Assembly (NCBI GenBank): GCA_003427395.1
Contig: BFEA01000001.1
Span: 2,595,803-2,659,802 of the forward strand
DNA from: Chara braunii
Taxonomy: Eukaryota > Plantae > Charophyceae
DNA length: 64,000 nt
Direction of reading: 5' to 3'
Shown: piece after piece, positions 40,117 to 51,153 of the stretch
How the letters are laid out: every line of letters begins with the position of its first letter
Numbering within the stretch: the stretch's first letter is position 1
Made by a program: the position numbers and the translations under genes
Notes under the pieces: model-generated
The model's input: only the letters and a program-made list of their open reading frames with translations
Databases searched by the model: none
Told to the model about the DNA's origin: nothing

Positions 40117-41346
40117 CGTCCTGGAGTGTTGAGGAGGTGGTTAAGCTCGCCCAAGCGAAGAGGGATCAGCAAACTCGTTTCAAGGGCATGCCACACAACT
40201 ACGGACGGATGCATAAGAGAGAATGGAACCTGCAGGACCCGCAAAAGCATTTGTCGGAGGTGGGGGTGAACAAGACGACTGACGACATCGGCAAGAAGTG
40301 GGACAACCTCTTCCAGCAGTACAAGAAAGTGCAACCATATTAGAACGCCTATGGGGGGAAGAACTTCTTCAGCCTGACAAATGCGCTGAGAACGGAAGAA
40401 GGCTTCAACTTCAGAATGGACGAGCGTGTATACGATGAGATGGACACCATGTTGAAGGGCAACAAGACCATCTACCTGGACAACACCGCCGACATGAGCA
40501 CTTGTGAAGGAGTGCAAATGCCACGTTCCCCATCAGTTGTTGGAGAATCCGCCACCGGGGCTGATGAGAACGACGACGACGGAGGCTCGATGTGGTAGTC
40601 CGGGTTCAGTGCAAGCAGCACGGGAGGGAACTGCAAGAGGAAGACCATGCGCCAACAGACATTCGACACCATCGCTGAAGTTATGGAGAAACACGGCGCA
40701 TTGATGGCTGACACCTACGACGGGCCAGCAAGCAACAGTGTTTTATTCTGGAGCTGCGGTGCGACATACTTGAGTGTGAGGCTGATGCCCAGCAATGACA
40801 TTACGAGGCGTCCGATGAGGCGAACGGGATGATGTGCACCGCGTTGCTGAAGATCGTCAAAGCCATCAGCGACAGGTCCTGATGCGGCCTCTGCTCCTGC
40901 ATCTGCCGATATTTTCCTGCGGTTGGCCGTCCTGTCCGTGCCTCCACAGGCGTTGTACCCGTCACTTGCTTTGCGTTTATGCTGCAGTGATGGCAGTCAT
41001 TCGGCACAGTTTAGTTCATCGCTCCTGCGTATATGGTTTCTGTTCGACGACGTATTCGTCTATGTATGTATATACATTTGTGTGTATAATACATATATAG
41101 ATGTATATATTTTTTTAGAAGGAGGCAGTTGTTGCGATTTCGCTGCCGATGCGGCACAATTTTTATACGACATGTCCGTGCACTCTTGCGTTTTGAGTTG
41201 CTGGGGTGGGATCCACACCTTGTGTGTTGCGAGCTGCGGCGCCGTTGTCTTGGTATCTTGGTACGATTTGGTTTTCATTCCATTGTATGTTTATATTTTG
41301 CAAGTAATTGTGATGGCTGATTTTGTAACAGCAGTGCCCAAGCCCT

Positions 41347-41430
<84 letters not shown>

Positions 41431-41532
41431 NNNNNNNNNNNNNNNNNNNNNNNNNNNNNNNNNNNNNNNNNNNNNNNNNNNNNNNNNNNNNNNNNNNNNN
41501 NNNNNNNNNNNNNNNNNNNNNNNNNNNNNNNN

Positions 41533-41623
<91 letters not shown>

Positions 41624-42399
41624 GTGTGAGAGAGAGACAGAGAGAGCCTGCCTGCATCAACAAACAAGCACACATGCAAGGACTCGGGGCTGGTGGATGG
41701 ACCGATCGTCAGGGAGGGGCGAAGGTATCGGGGGAGGGGGGTTGTTCGGAGGGCTTCTTGCAAGTTGGGGTGGGAAGACCGAGGGGTAGGAATTTTTTTG
41801 AAGTGCGGAAGGGTGGCTTGGGGTGCTAGGCCGTCCTGGAGGCGGGAAAAAGGCTTGGTCGACGTCCATCTCCAAGGAGTCCACACCGATGAAGCGGGCA
41901 GGCAGTCACTTTGCATGGATGTAGCGACCTTTGGATCTTGGTCTTCAAGTGGTAGCGGAAGGACTACGATCGCTTGCGCAAGGCGATGAAATAAACCCCA
42001 TCCTGCCGGAAGCACGCCGGGGCACGGAACGGTCACGCAAGTATAAAGGACTGACGCGGGTGTGATTCGCAGCATGTGCAGGGCGCCGCAACGCGTATGT
42101 CTTCTCGTGCCTCATCGTCGTGCTTCGTCGTGCGACGACAGGTACGTCCATCGCTGCATTCGTAGGCGAGCAATCACCAAACTCTCCGCAGCGGTGTAGG
42201 CATGACGTGGCACTCTCGTCCGCTATTCGTTTTAGGAGAGGCGAGATCCATCGACAACTCATGGGGCCACATGGACAGTCCCATCCCAAAACGCGAGACA
42301 GTGGATCCGGCGAAGGCGGGGGCGGGCAGATCGGAAGGGGACACGTACCAAAGTCCAAAAGGTCGCGTGGAGTGCGCACAAGGGATTGTCGTCGACGAA

Positions 42400-44012
42400 T
42401 TTGAAGGTCAAGACCTGTCACTCTAGTGGTGACACTGCTGTCCACAGTTCCACGAGCCGACAAAGGACCTCTCCAGGCTGCACAAGCTCGTCGTGTCAAT
42501 CCGTCGAACATCGTCACTGGCTCATTGGCCAGGGTAATTCCATTGACAAACGTGGGAAGCGTGACCATCCAAAGCGCCACCAGCACCGATGGGGAGAGGC
42601 AAGAAGAAGGGAGGCATGAGAAGGCGGGCCGAAAAGACGAGACGACGGAGCGTACTCCGCGGGCTGACAACAATGACGACGAACGTCTCACCAACAGGAA
42701 GAAAAGATCGCGGCAGGAGGAGGACTTGGACGCAAAGTCCAAGCTGTGGACAGACAGAGAGACATTATGGGGGACCGGACCTGGTCGCCTCATCGCCGAC
42801 ATCGTGCACTCTTGCGCAGACTACTGCTGCACAATTGTCAATGGTGATGTTGGCGTCAGCGCTCCCACAAGCCTAAACATGCCAACCAACGACATCCCCT
42901 GCTTCCGGATCGATGATCCAGCTCAGCTCGAGCCAGCTCTTCGCAGGGCGAGGAAGACATAGAATATGGCAATTCGCGTGATCCACGACTGGATCTTTAG
43001 GTCCCCTTCCAGATCCGATGGTTTCGTCCGCATGGAGTCGTATGTCTCCGTTAATTACCCCACGACAGAGGTCGCCAACGGGTGGCCGTGACCCGACCCG
43101 ACCGTATCCAGCCGTAACCGGCAGTTTTGGACGGTTGCGGGTATGGCGGAAAGGCGATGGGCTGGTCCGGCTGGGTGTGAAAATGTGCTGGTGGAATTTG
43201 GGTGGGTTGGGAAAGTTTCGAGGGGGCATGATCGGGCTTGGCTGGGTGTTGAAAAAACGCCTGGGCAGGTACGGCTGGGTGGAGGTTTGGCCTGGGTGAC
43301 CCGGAGCCTGTAGGCCACTATAGTAGTATACTAGTATAGGACCTATAGCCTATAGGTAGTAGCCTAGTAGGTACTAGGTGGTACGTAGAATTAGGACCAG
43401 GCCACAATTTTAAATTGGTCTGGCTTCTCTATTTTTCACCACCAGGTCGCAGGTATAGGGGTATTAGGGTCCCTTTCCTCCGATGGTTTTTTCTTTTTGA
43501 CCGTTGTGGCAGCTGTGGCTGACCAACGGGCCTCGCTCCAACACTCACTAAATCAGTAAACTGAGTATGTGGCGGAAGATTCATACTCATTTTACTGATT
43601 TAGTGAGTGCTAGAGCAAGGCCACCTAATAGGCTGAATACCTAGCCTCTGTAACCCTCCGTAGTATCACGCCGCCAAAAATTTGAAGTTGAACTTCGAAA
43701 CTTCTTCGAAGCTTCGATTGGCGGCGGGGCGCTGGGTTTCTCCGACCACAGCAACGACAGTCCAACGTCGTACGGTGCCATGCAGCGCAAGCGTCCTTGC
43801 AAACGAGCGTAGCGAGGAAACCCGGCATACAAGCACGCACGATATTGCAAGCGTCATGGCAAGCGCTGCAAGCGTAAAAAAAACAAGCGTGGCGATGGCG
43901 AGCGCCGAGCATGGCGAAGGCAGGCGCGAAAGCATGGCAACATTGGCGAGGTTGATGGGGCATGCCTATGCACGTGCAGCGGCGAGCCCACAAACGTGGT
44001 GACTTTCGCGCG

Positions 44013-44085
<73 letters not shown>

Positions 44086-44086
44086 N

Positions 44087-44156
<70 letters not shown>

Positions 44157-45200
44157 CCACTTGGTCTTTTTGAAGGGGAAAAAAAAGTTCCTTGACTCAC
44201 ATTTGGTCCTTTGCACCTCGTAGAAATGTTTGATATGCTTGTCATTTTCTCAAAATTAACTTGAAGTGTTTAAATGTGTTGTCGAATTGCAAACAAAGTT
44301 ATGGTGAGTGCGGTAGTTTGTGGATGGAAGGTGAATTTCTAACATGCAATGACAATGACCTGAGTTTGAAATTACGGAAGAAAAGAAGGGCATGCTTGCT
44401 GGGTGGTAAACTTTAGGCATGGATACGGGCGGGCACGGGTGGATGGAAATTGGTCGTGGGTGCCGGCGGATGCGGGTGGATTAAATCTAGGCCTGGGTAT
44501 GGCTGGGTAGGGGTAAGGGTTTCACTGAAGATGCTGGGTGGGCTGGGTACGAGTAAAAAACAAATTTAATTAGCTTGGGTGGGCTGGGTCTGGGTAAAAA
44601 AATTTGTATTTACGTGGGTGGCAGTGGGTGAGGGTACATGTGATATATCCAGGCTTGGACTGGGTCGGATGTGGGTGGGAGAAAAAATTGGTTTGGCGAC
44701 CTCTGCCCCACGGATCTGGTGAGAGGAGTGTGGCAGTCCTAGTGGTCGAGGGTGGTCTTTCCCAGCGTGGTTTATCACACGGTCATCCTGAAGATGGACA
44801 TTCCGTTGAGGTATGCTGGGGCGCATCGAGGACAGGCCGGAGGACGATGACATGGCTGCCCACAAGGAGTCCACGGTCTTACGTTTGGCGTCGTGCTTCG
44901 AAGACGCGCTCCGCGACAGCCAATGGTCCGACAATGGGAAAATGTCCTAGTCGAGGTTGAACAGAATCGCGGATGCCCTCCGCCTCCTTCTTGCTATGCG
45001 CATGTGGATCATACGTATGAGTAGCGACGACGTCCGATCTCATGAGGAGGCGTCTTACTACTCGCAGCTCGTCGCGACGCCCACACTGTTGGCGGCAGGG
45101 TTTGCAGTCGTTCAACTGACACAGGCATATTGTGAGCTCCGGGAATGTTATTCTCTCTCGGCTTGGGAAGCCGCCCTTGACGTTGGGTGCGTTTCCTAAC
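42400..45200 (+). pseudogene. Decayed unknown ORF downstream of the trihelix ORF, split by a hAT insertion
   Basis: LWTDRETLWGTGPG...WIFRS...ESYVSVNYP|TDLVRGVW...EDRPEDDDMAAH reads in frame once 43066-44705 and one TSD are removed. Confidence 0.6.
43066..44705. mobile_element. Non-autonomous hAT element
   Basis: TIR CAGAGGTCGCCAA / TTGGCGACCTCTG, 8 bp TSD CCCCACGA / CCCCACGG, GGGT-rich subterminal repeats. TIR is related to the 37886 element. Confidence 0.88.
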
Positions 45201-45909
45201 TACATCCCGGAGTGGGCGGCATGCGGAGTGTGCTTCAACCACAATGGGTTTAACGGACCCTGACGTGGTGGCGAGGATGGACTGGAGGGTGACGGGACCT
45301 GTCGAAGACGAAAGGAAGGACGACAGAGACAATGAAGATGGAGGGTCGTGAGAGTGGCAGTCTTGCACCTTTTTCTCGCATTGTCTGCGTACGGAGCAGA
45401 AGCACCCGTGGTTGATGGCGTTGTCGGAGCAAACACCCTTACAAGGGTATTTGCTCATGATTTTGCATTCGATGCAGTATCGGCGCAGGTCACCGTGTCG
45501 GAGACAGGATGGAGTAAAAAGTGAGAATTTTTTTGGCATAGCGCCGTGAAGCAAACTTCTCGACCATTGAGGTCGAGATTTCTAGACAATCATACACAGT
45601 GATACGACGCATACGACAACAGGTAAGGGTTAGTAAAAATTAAAAGTCTCCGGCCACAAGAGCCGGAGGATTGGATGAGGACAAAAAAAGGTCGTGTGGG
45701 ATGCATCGACCACGAACTAAATCAGTCAAAGGTTCAGGCGGTAAGGGAAAAACAAATTAGATCGAGTCTAGAGACGTCGGACCAACCGGTACGGGAAAAT
45801 CTGGTCGTTGCGCCGCCGAAGCGGACTGAAATAATAATATAAGTCCCCGCCGCGCGGCCAGGGCAGCCAATAGAAATGTGCCACCACCACACCAAGCGGC
45901 GACGGCTGG

Positions 45910-46230
45910 TGTTGGCCCTCTAAAAATGTCAACTGTTGTCTTCCTTTCCGCGGCCTCGAGGGTCGGGCACATCTACCTCTACTTGGTGTGATACCGTTAT
46001 CCGCTATGTGAGTATTTTCCGCTGCTCTGAAGTGTCGCGGACCTCTTTCCCCGCCACTTGAATGTTTTCCGTGCCGCAACCCTCAATGTCACGGCCGCAG
46101 GCAAGTACCGGCCCTTTGGGCCAACAGATGAATCAAGTGCCCTTGCGGGTCACGCATACACTCGAGCCGACAAGCAATCAGACAGGCTTGCGAACCAGCA
46201 AGCGTGCACACACACTAACTTATGAAAAAC
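45910..46230 (+). repeat. Dispersed repeat, copy of 2200-2520
   Basis: See the 2200-2520 entry. Confidence 0.8.
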
Positions 46231-47880
46231 GGGCCCAGTCCACTGGTCGGGCTGAGCCCCGCTACTGTTTATGAACTAAGTTGCTCCCCTTTTACTCGAA
46301 GTGGGAGCTAGCTCAGTAGGTTTAGGTGCAGGACTGCCAAACACAGGGTGTAGGGATCGAGTTCACCCAACCACTAAAGCTAGCTCCTTTTTGTCAAGGA
46401 ACACCAATATGCTTTCACCTTGGGCTCAGGTGGTCGGGGCTCGAACCCGTGATCTCATTCTTCAGAGGCTGTTACAGTTTGGTCCGCTGTAACGAGGCGT
46501 GTACACTTGGCACGTACAGAAAGTTAGTAGTTAGATTNNNNNNNNNNNNNNNNNNNNNNNNNNNNNNNNNNNNNNNNNNNNNNNNNNNNNNNNNNNNNNN
46601 NNNNNNNNNNNNNNNNNNNNNNNNNNNNNNNNNNNNNNNNNNNNNNNNNNNNNNNNNNNNNNNNNNNNNNNNNNNNNNNNNNNNNNNNNNNNNNNNNNNN
46701 NNNNNNNNNNNNNNNNNNNNNNNNNNNNNNNNNNNNNNNNNNNNNNNNNNNNNNNNNNNNNNNNNNNNNNNNNNNNNNNNNNNNNNNNNNNNNNNNNNNN
46801 NNNNNNNNNNNNNNNNNNNNNNNNNNNNNNNNNNNNNNNNNNNNNNNNNNNNNNNNNNNNNNNNNNNNNNNNNNNNNNNNNNNNNNNNNNNNNNNNNNNN
46901 NNNNNNNNNNNNNNNNNNNNNNNNNNNNNNNNNNNNNNNNNNNNNNNNNNNNNNNNNNNNNNNNNNNNNNNNNNNNNNNNNNNNNNNNNNNNNNNNNNNN
47001 NNNNCAGCAGGGAACGTGAGGGGGATGTGCGCGCTGAGGTAGAGGTTGGATGAAAGAACGCGCGATGAGAGGAAGCGGGTGCAGGGAGGTAGCGATCGCA
47101 AACGAGGAGAAAAGGGGCACGGACGCTAAAGAGAGGGGTACGGGGGCAAGGAAAGGGAAAGGCACATGCCAGCGAGCAGAAGTGGGACGCGCGGGGAGAT
47201 GAAGATGAAGAAGGAGGAGAGGGAGAAAAGAGGAGGAGTGGAGGCGACTTACCTGTCGCCCATCCTCGGCTTCAGCACCCTCATCCCATAGAGGGTGGGT
47301 GCAACTTTGTTGGGATGTTGTTTTCGTGTCCACACTCACAAACGGAGCGTTCCGGCAGTATTCGGAGGTGTCGAGACTCGTGAGAAGGCTCTGCACTCGT
47401 TGTCGTCCAAGCAGCGTCGTAGAGCAACTCATCAGCCGACAGGTAAGTCTCCAGCCCCGCAACTATCATCACGCTACCTCTATCAATAGGAGGAGCAAAA
47501 TCGAATGAATCTCCGGCAACAATGTGGAAATATACGCCGCCGCTTGTGCTGTTGCTGTTGCGCCTTCGTCGCTGTTCGCCCGTTGTTGCGTCTTCGTCCC
47601 GCCTCATCCGCCGACTTGCCAGTTATGTACGTTTGTTTGTGTGTGTGTGTGTGTGGCGAGCGACCAATCTCACACTGCTTTCACTGATAGGATGAGCTAC
47701 ATCAAATAAAACTCTCACAAAAACACAAAAATCTATACTACTACTACTACGTTCGTGCGTGTGTGGGAAGTGCGCACGTGTGTGTATGAGTGAGAGAGAG
47801 AGAAAGGGAGAGTATGCGTGTGAGAGGGAGAAAGAGGGAGAGAAAGGGACAGAGAGCCGTCTACGTATGGGAGGAATATG

Positions 47881-47931
<51 letters not shown>

Positions 47932-48064
47932 GTACATCATCAAACAGAACTGCCAGGTAAACCATGGAAAGAGGGGGAGAAGGAGAAAACAAACGAGAGG
48001 CCGTGACGAATTGTTCCATTGGAATTTCACACACGCACATGTACAGAGAGAGAGAGAAGGATGA

Positions 48065-48425
48065 TGATGATGATGATGTGAGGGCACATACCTCGTATTG
48101 GCTGTGGTCTGCATTGGTCGACGTCTTCAAGTACTTCGTCGGCTACTCACGTCGACTGTTGCATTGTCAATTAGTAGGCTAGTGGTAACTGTGTGGGGAA
48201 TAGGCTGGGCATCGAAGCACCAAGTAGGGAGAAGGGTCTGGAAGCATATGTTCGTGGTGGGAGAGCGAGCTCTCCTTGACATTTGGTTTTCAGTGTTACG
48301 ATTCTCCCTTGGTGTTATATTAGTGCAATGTTGCTTTCTGGATACGGCTATACATTCTGACTTTCAATGTGATTGTGCATTCTGAATATTGCCATCTTGT
48401 TATTGCTCAATTCCTTTGCGCACTA

Positions 48426-48490
<65 letters not shown>

Positions 48491-49958
48491 CGAGTTTTAA
48501 TCTTAGCTATAATATGTGACTGTCGAAGCGAAGGGGGCAAAAATGGAGGGGATGATGCATTAGGGGGTAGAAGAGTACAGTGGGAGAAAGAAAAGAGGAG
48601 GGAAAACGCATAGAGAAGAAAGGCGGGTGCGGAGTGGAAAGAAGGTGGCGAAGGAGTGAAGCAAGCATATAGGTGAAAGAGGAATGTGCATGACTTGAAG
48701 AAAAGAAGCGGATGTGTAGGAGGGGATACGATTGAAAAAGTGAAGGTGGAGTAGGCTCTTACTTATTCTACACCTCTCGAGCCAATCCACACGGTCGGAC
48801 TGCATGAAAGTTCAATATGCCTTCCTCTCTCTTGCCACTCATTCGTCCCATTACGGTTTTGGGTAATAGTAAATAGGGGCCAGAGAATCTCGTAGTTAGT
48901 ACATGGGAGATAGAGAGAATGAGAGAAAAGGAAGAAGAAGAAGGGAGAGAGAAAGGAGACGAGAAGCAAAAAAAACATATAGATAAACAGATACAGACTG
49001 ACCAGACAAAGGTAAAATAGCGACAGACAAACAGTCAGACAGACTGACAAACAAAGACAGTCAAACAAAAACAGACAGTCTGATAAGACAAAACCACGGA
49101 TAGGAACAGACAGACACATGCCGATAGCGACAGACAAACTGACGGACCAAGACAGACTGACGGACAAACGGACAGAGACAGATAAACAGACGAAACAGAT
49201 ACCGACAGCGACAAACAGATAGACAACGACACACAAAAACAGACATACAGGAACAGACAGGCACAGACAGGCAGACACACGCACGCATAGACATAGCCAC
49301 ACACCCGCAGACACAGAGAGAGAGAAAGGGAAGAAGAGACAGTCGACCAAACAGACACATAACGGACAGACAACACAGATAGAGAAGAGAGTTACTTACC
49401 GTAAGGTGAGGATGCAGGTATTGGGCTGCTGACTTTTGAGTTATTAAGCATAGGGTGACTGATCTCTGAAACTGTTTAAAGTTATAATTTATTGAAACTT
49501 CTAAGTTGCGCATATCTGGAGTTTGCCTCTCTGGTTTCCAGTGTGGGTATTGTATGATCTCTCCGTGAGTGTGTGTGTGAATGTGTGTGTCTGTGTGTGT
49601 GTGTGTGCACATGTGTGAGTTCATGCGCATGCTTGCATCCAAGTTATGTCATGTTCGTTATACACGGCCACCGGATAGGCACGACTGTGCCAGAATGTCT
49701 CCGATTGATCGGGAGGTTGGTCCCAATAGTCTTTCCGGGAGGCATTTGACTGATGGATAAGGGTTCATCGCATCACACAGATTCAGTGATACCCCTAAGG
49801 AAAATGGTCATCATACGAACCCTGCAGCAGACTGTCGGATCACGCCCCTGACACAGGCACCCGTAAGTCTGAGAAACTAATATGACACAGTCATAAAACC
49901 CGTTGTGTGTATGTGTATATGCGAGAAGAATAGAGGAAGAGAAAGAAGGAGGAGAATG

Positions 49959-50013
<55 letters not shown>

Positions 50014-50385
50014 GTGACGATGTAAGGGCACGTACCTAGGCTTGGTGATAGTCTACGGGGGTCGAAGCCTGAATGTACTTAGATTCGGTTGTTGACGTCA
50101 ATTGGATACATTGTCAATTCATTGGCTGCTAGCCTGCTAGCGAGTTGTGTGGCTGTAGCCTGTGTATTGAGCTCGGGTAGAGGGAGGACTCTGAGTACTT
50201 ATATCTGGGAATAATGAGAGCATAATCTTACTGACATTCAGATTCAGAACTTTGGTTCTCCGTTGATGGAATGCGAGTACATTACTGTCTTCCGGACGCT
50301 GACGGACTTCCTGGCTTTCAATGTGATCTCGCGATATGCAATCTGTCCTTCCACCTTTGCCCATTGCCTTACGGTGCTATTATTA

Positions 50386-50456
<71 letters not shown>

Positions 50457-50470
50457 GTTGTTATTAATGT
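48065..50470. repeat. Two diverged ~350 bp units (48070-48430, 50015-50380), each between a GA/GAT tract and (TTA)n
   Basis: Shared GATGT.AGGGCAC.TACCT, CATTGTCAATT and CTG.CTTTCAATGTGAT in the same order with the same flanking microsatellites. Confidence 0.65.
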
Positions 50471-51153
50471 TGTTATTGATTCAGTAGTTTGTGGTCTCAA
50501 CCAGCCTCATGCCGCCCTAAGAGAAGGCAGGCCTTAATGTCCGCCAAGGGCCCTTACCCCTGCATTTTTTTGATAGGGGTCGTGAACAGTAATGCAGGCT
50601 AGTTGGTTGAAGTCCGCCCCGGGCACACGCAGCATGAGGCCAGCATAGTAAGATGGGGGCCGCAAGCCACTAAGACGGTAGCATTGTCGCCGCATCCACG
50701 CACGGGCACTAAACGGCTTGGGCCGCGGCCAAACAGCATGACACCAGCAGACTATGGTCAGGCAGGGCATCAAACGCACATGGTTCTAGAAACACGCGTA
50801 CCGAACGGTGAGCGGGTTGCTATGCCCCGGGGTGTGTGGTAGGAACAAGGATAATGCATGAGGGAGAAAAAAAAATGTTAGAAAATGAGAAAAAGAAGGA
50901 GGAGGAAAGTGAAATAAGGAGGGGATCAATGGCAAAGAGGGCGAAAAGACTGTTTTTGTGGCTCCTGCATGTTTGTTTTTTTTTCAAAGAGATAAATTAT
51001 TTATTGTACTAAAAATATTCTCTTTACTATTGCTCCCTAAACTTTTATTTTTTCGGTTGATTGTCATTGTTATTGACTATCATTCATTAATTAGTATCAT
51101 GGAAAAGAAAGCGGATCAGATGGGGAGGGAAAGAGCAAGGTACCAGAGGGAGA

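Larger units (their letters stand above)
37625..40881 (+). pseudogene. Trihelix (Myb/SANT-like) DNA-binding protein, transposon-associated type, split by an insertion
   Basis: Removing the insertion and one TSD restores KHPSWSVEEVVKLAQAKRD...KREW...IGKKWDNLFQQYKKV...NFFSL...EEGFNFRMD, followed by a coiled coil. Internal stops and frameshifts. Confidence 0.8.
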
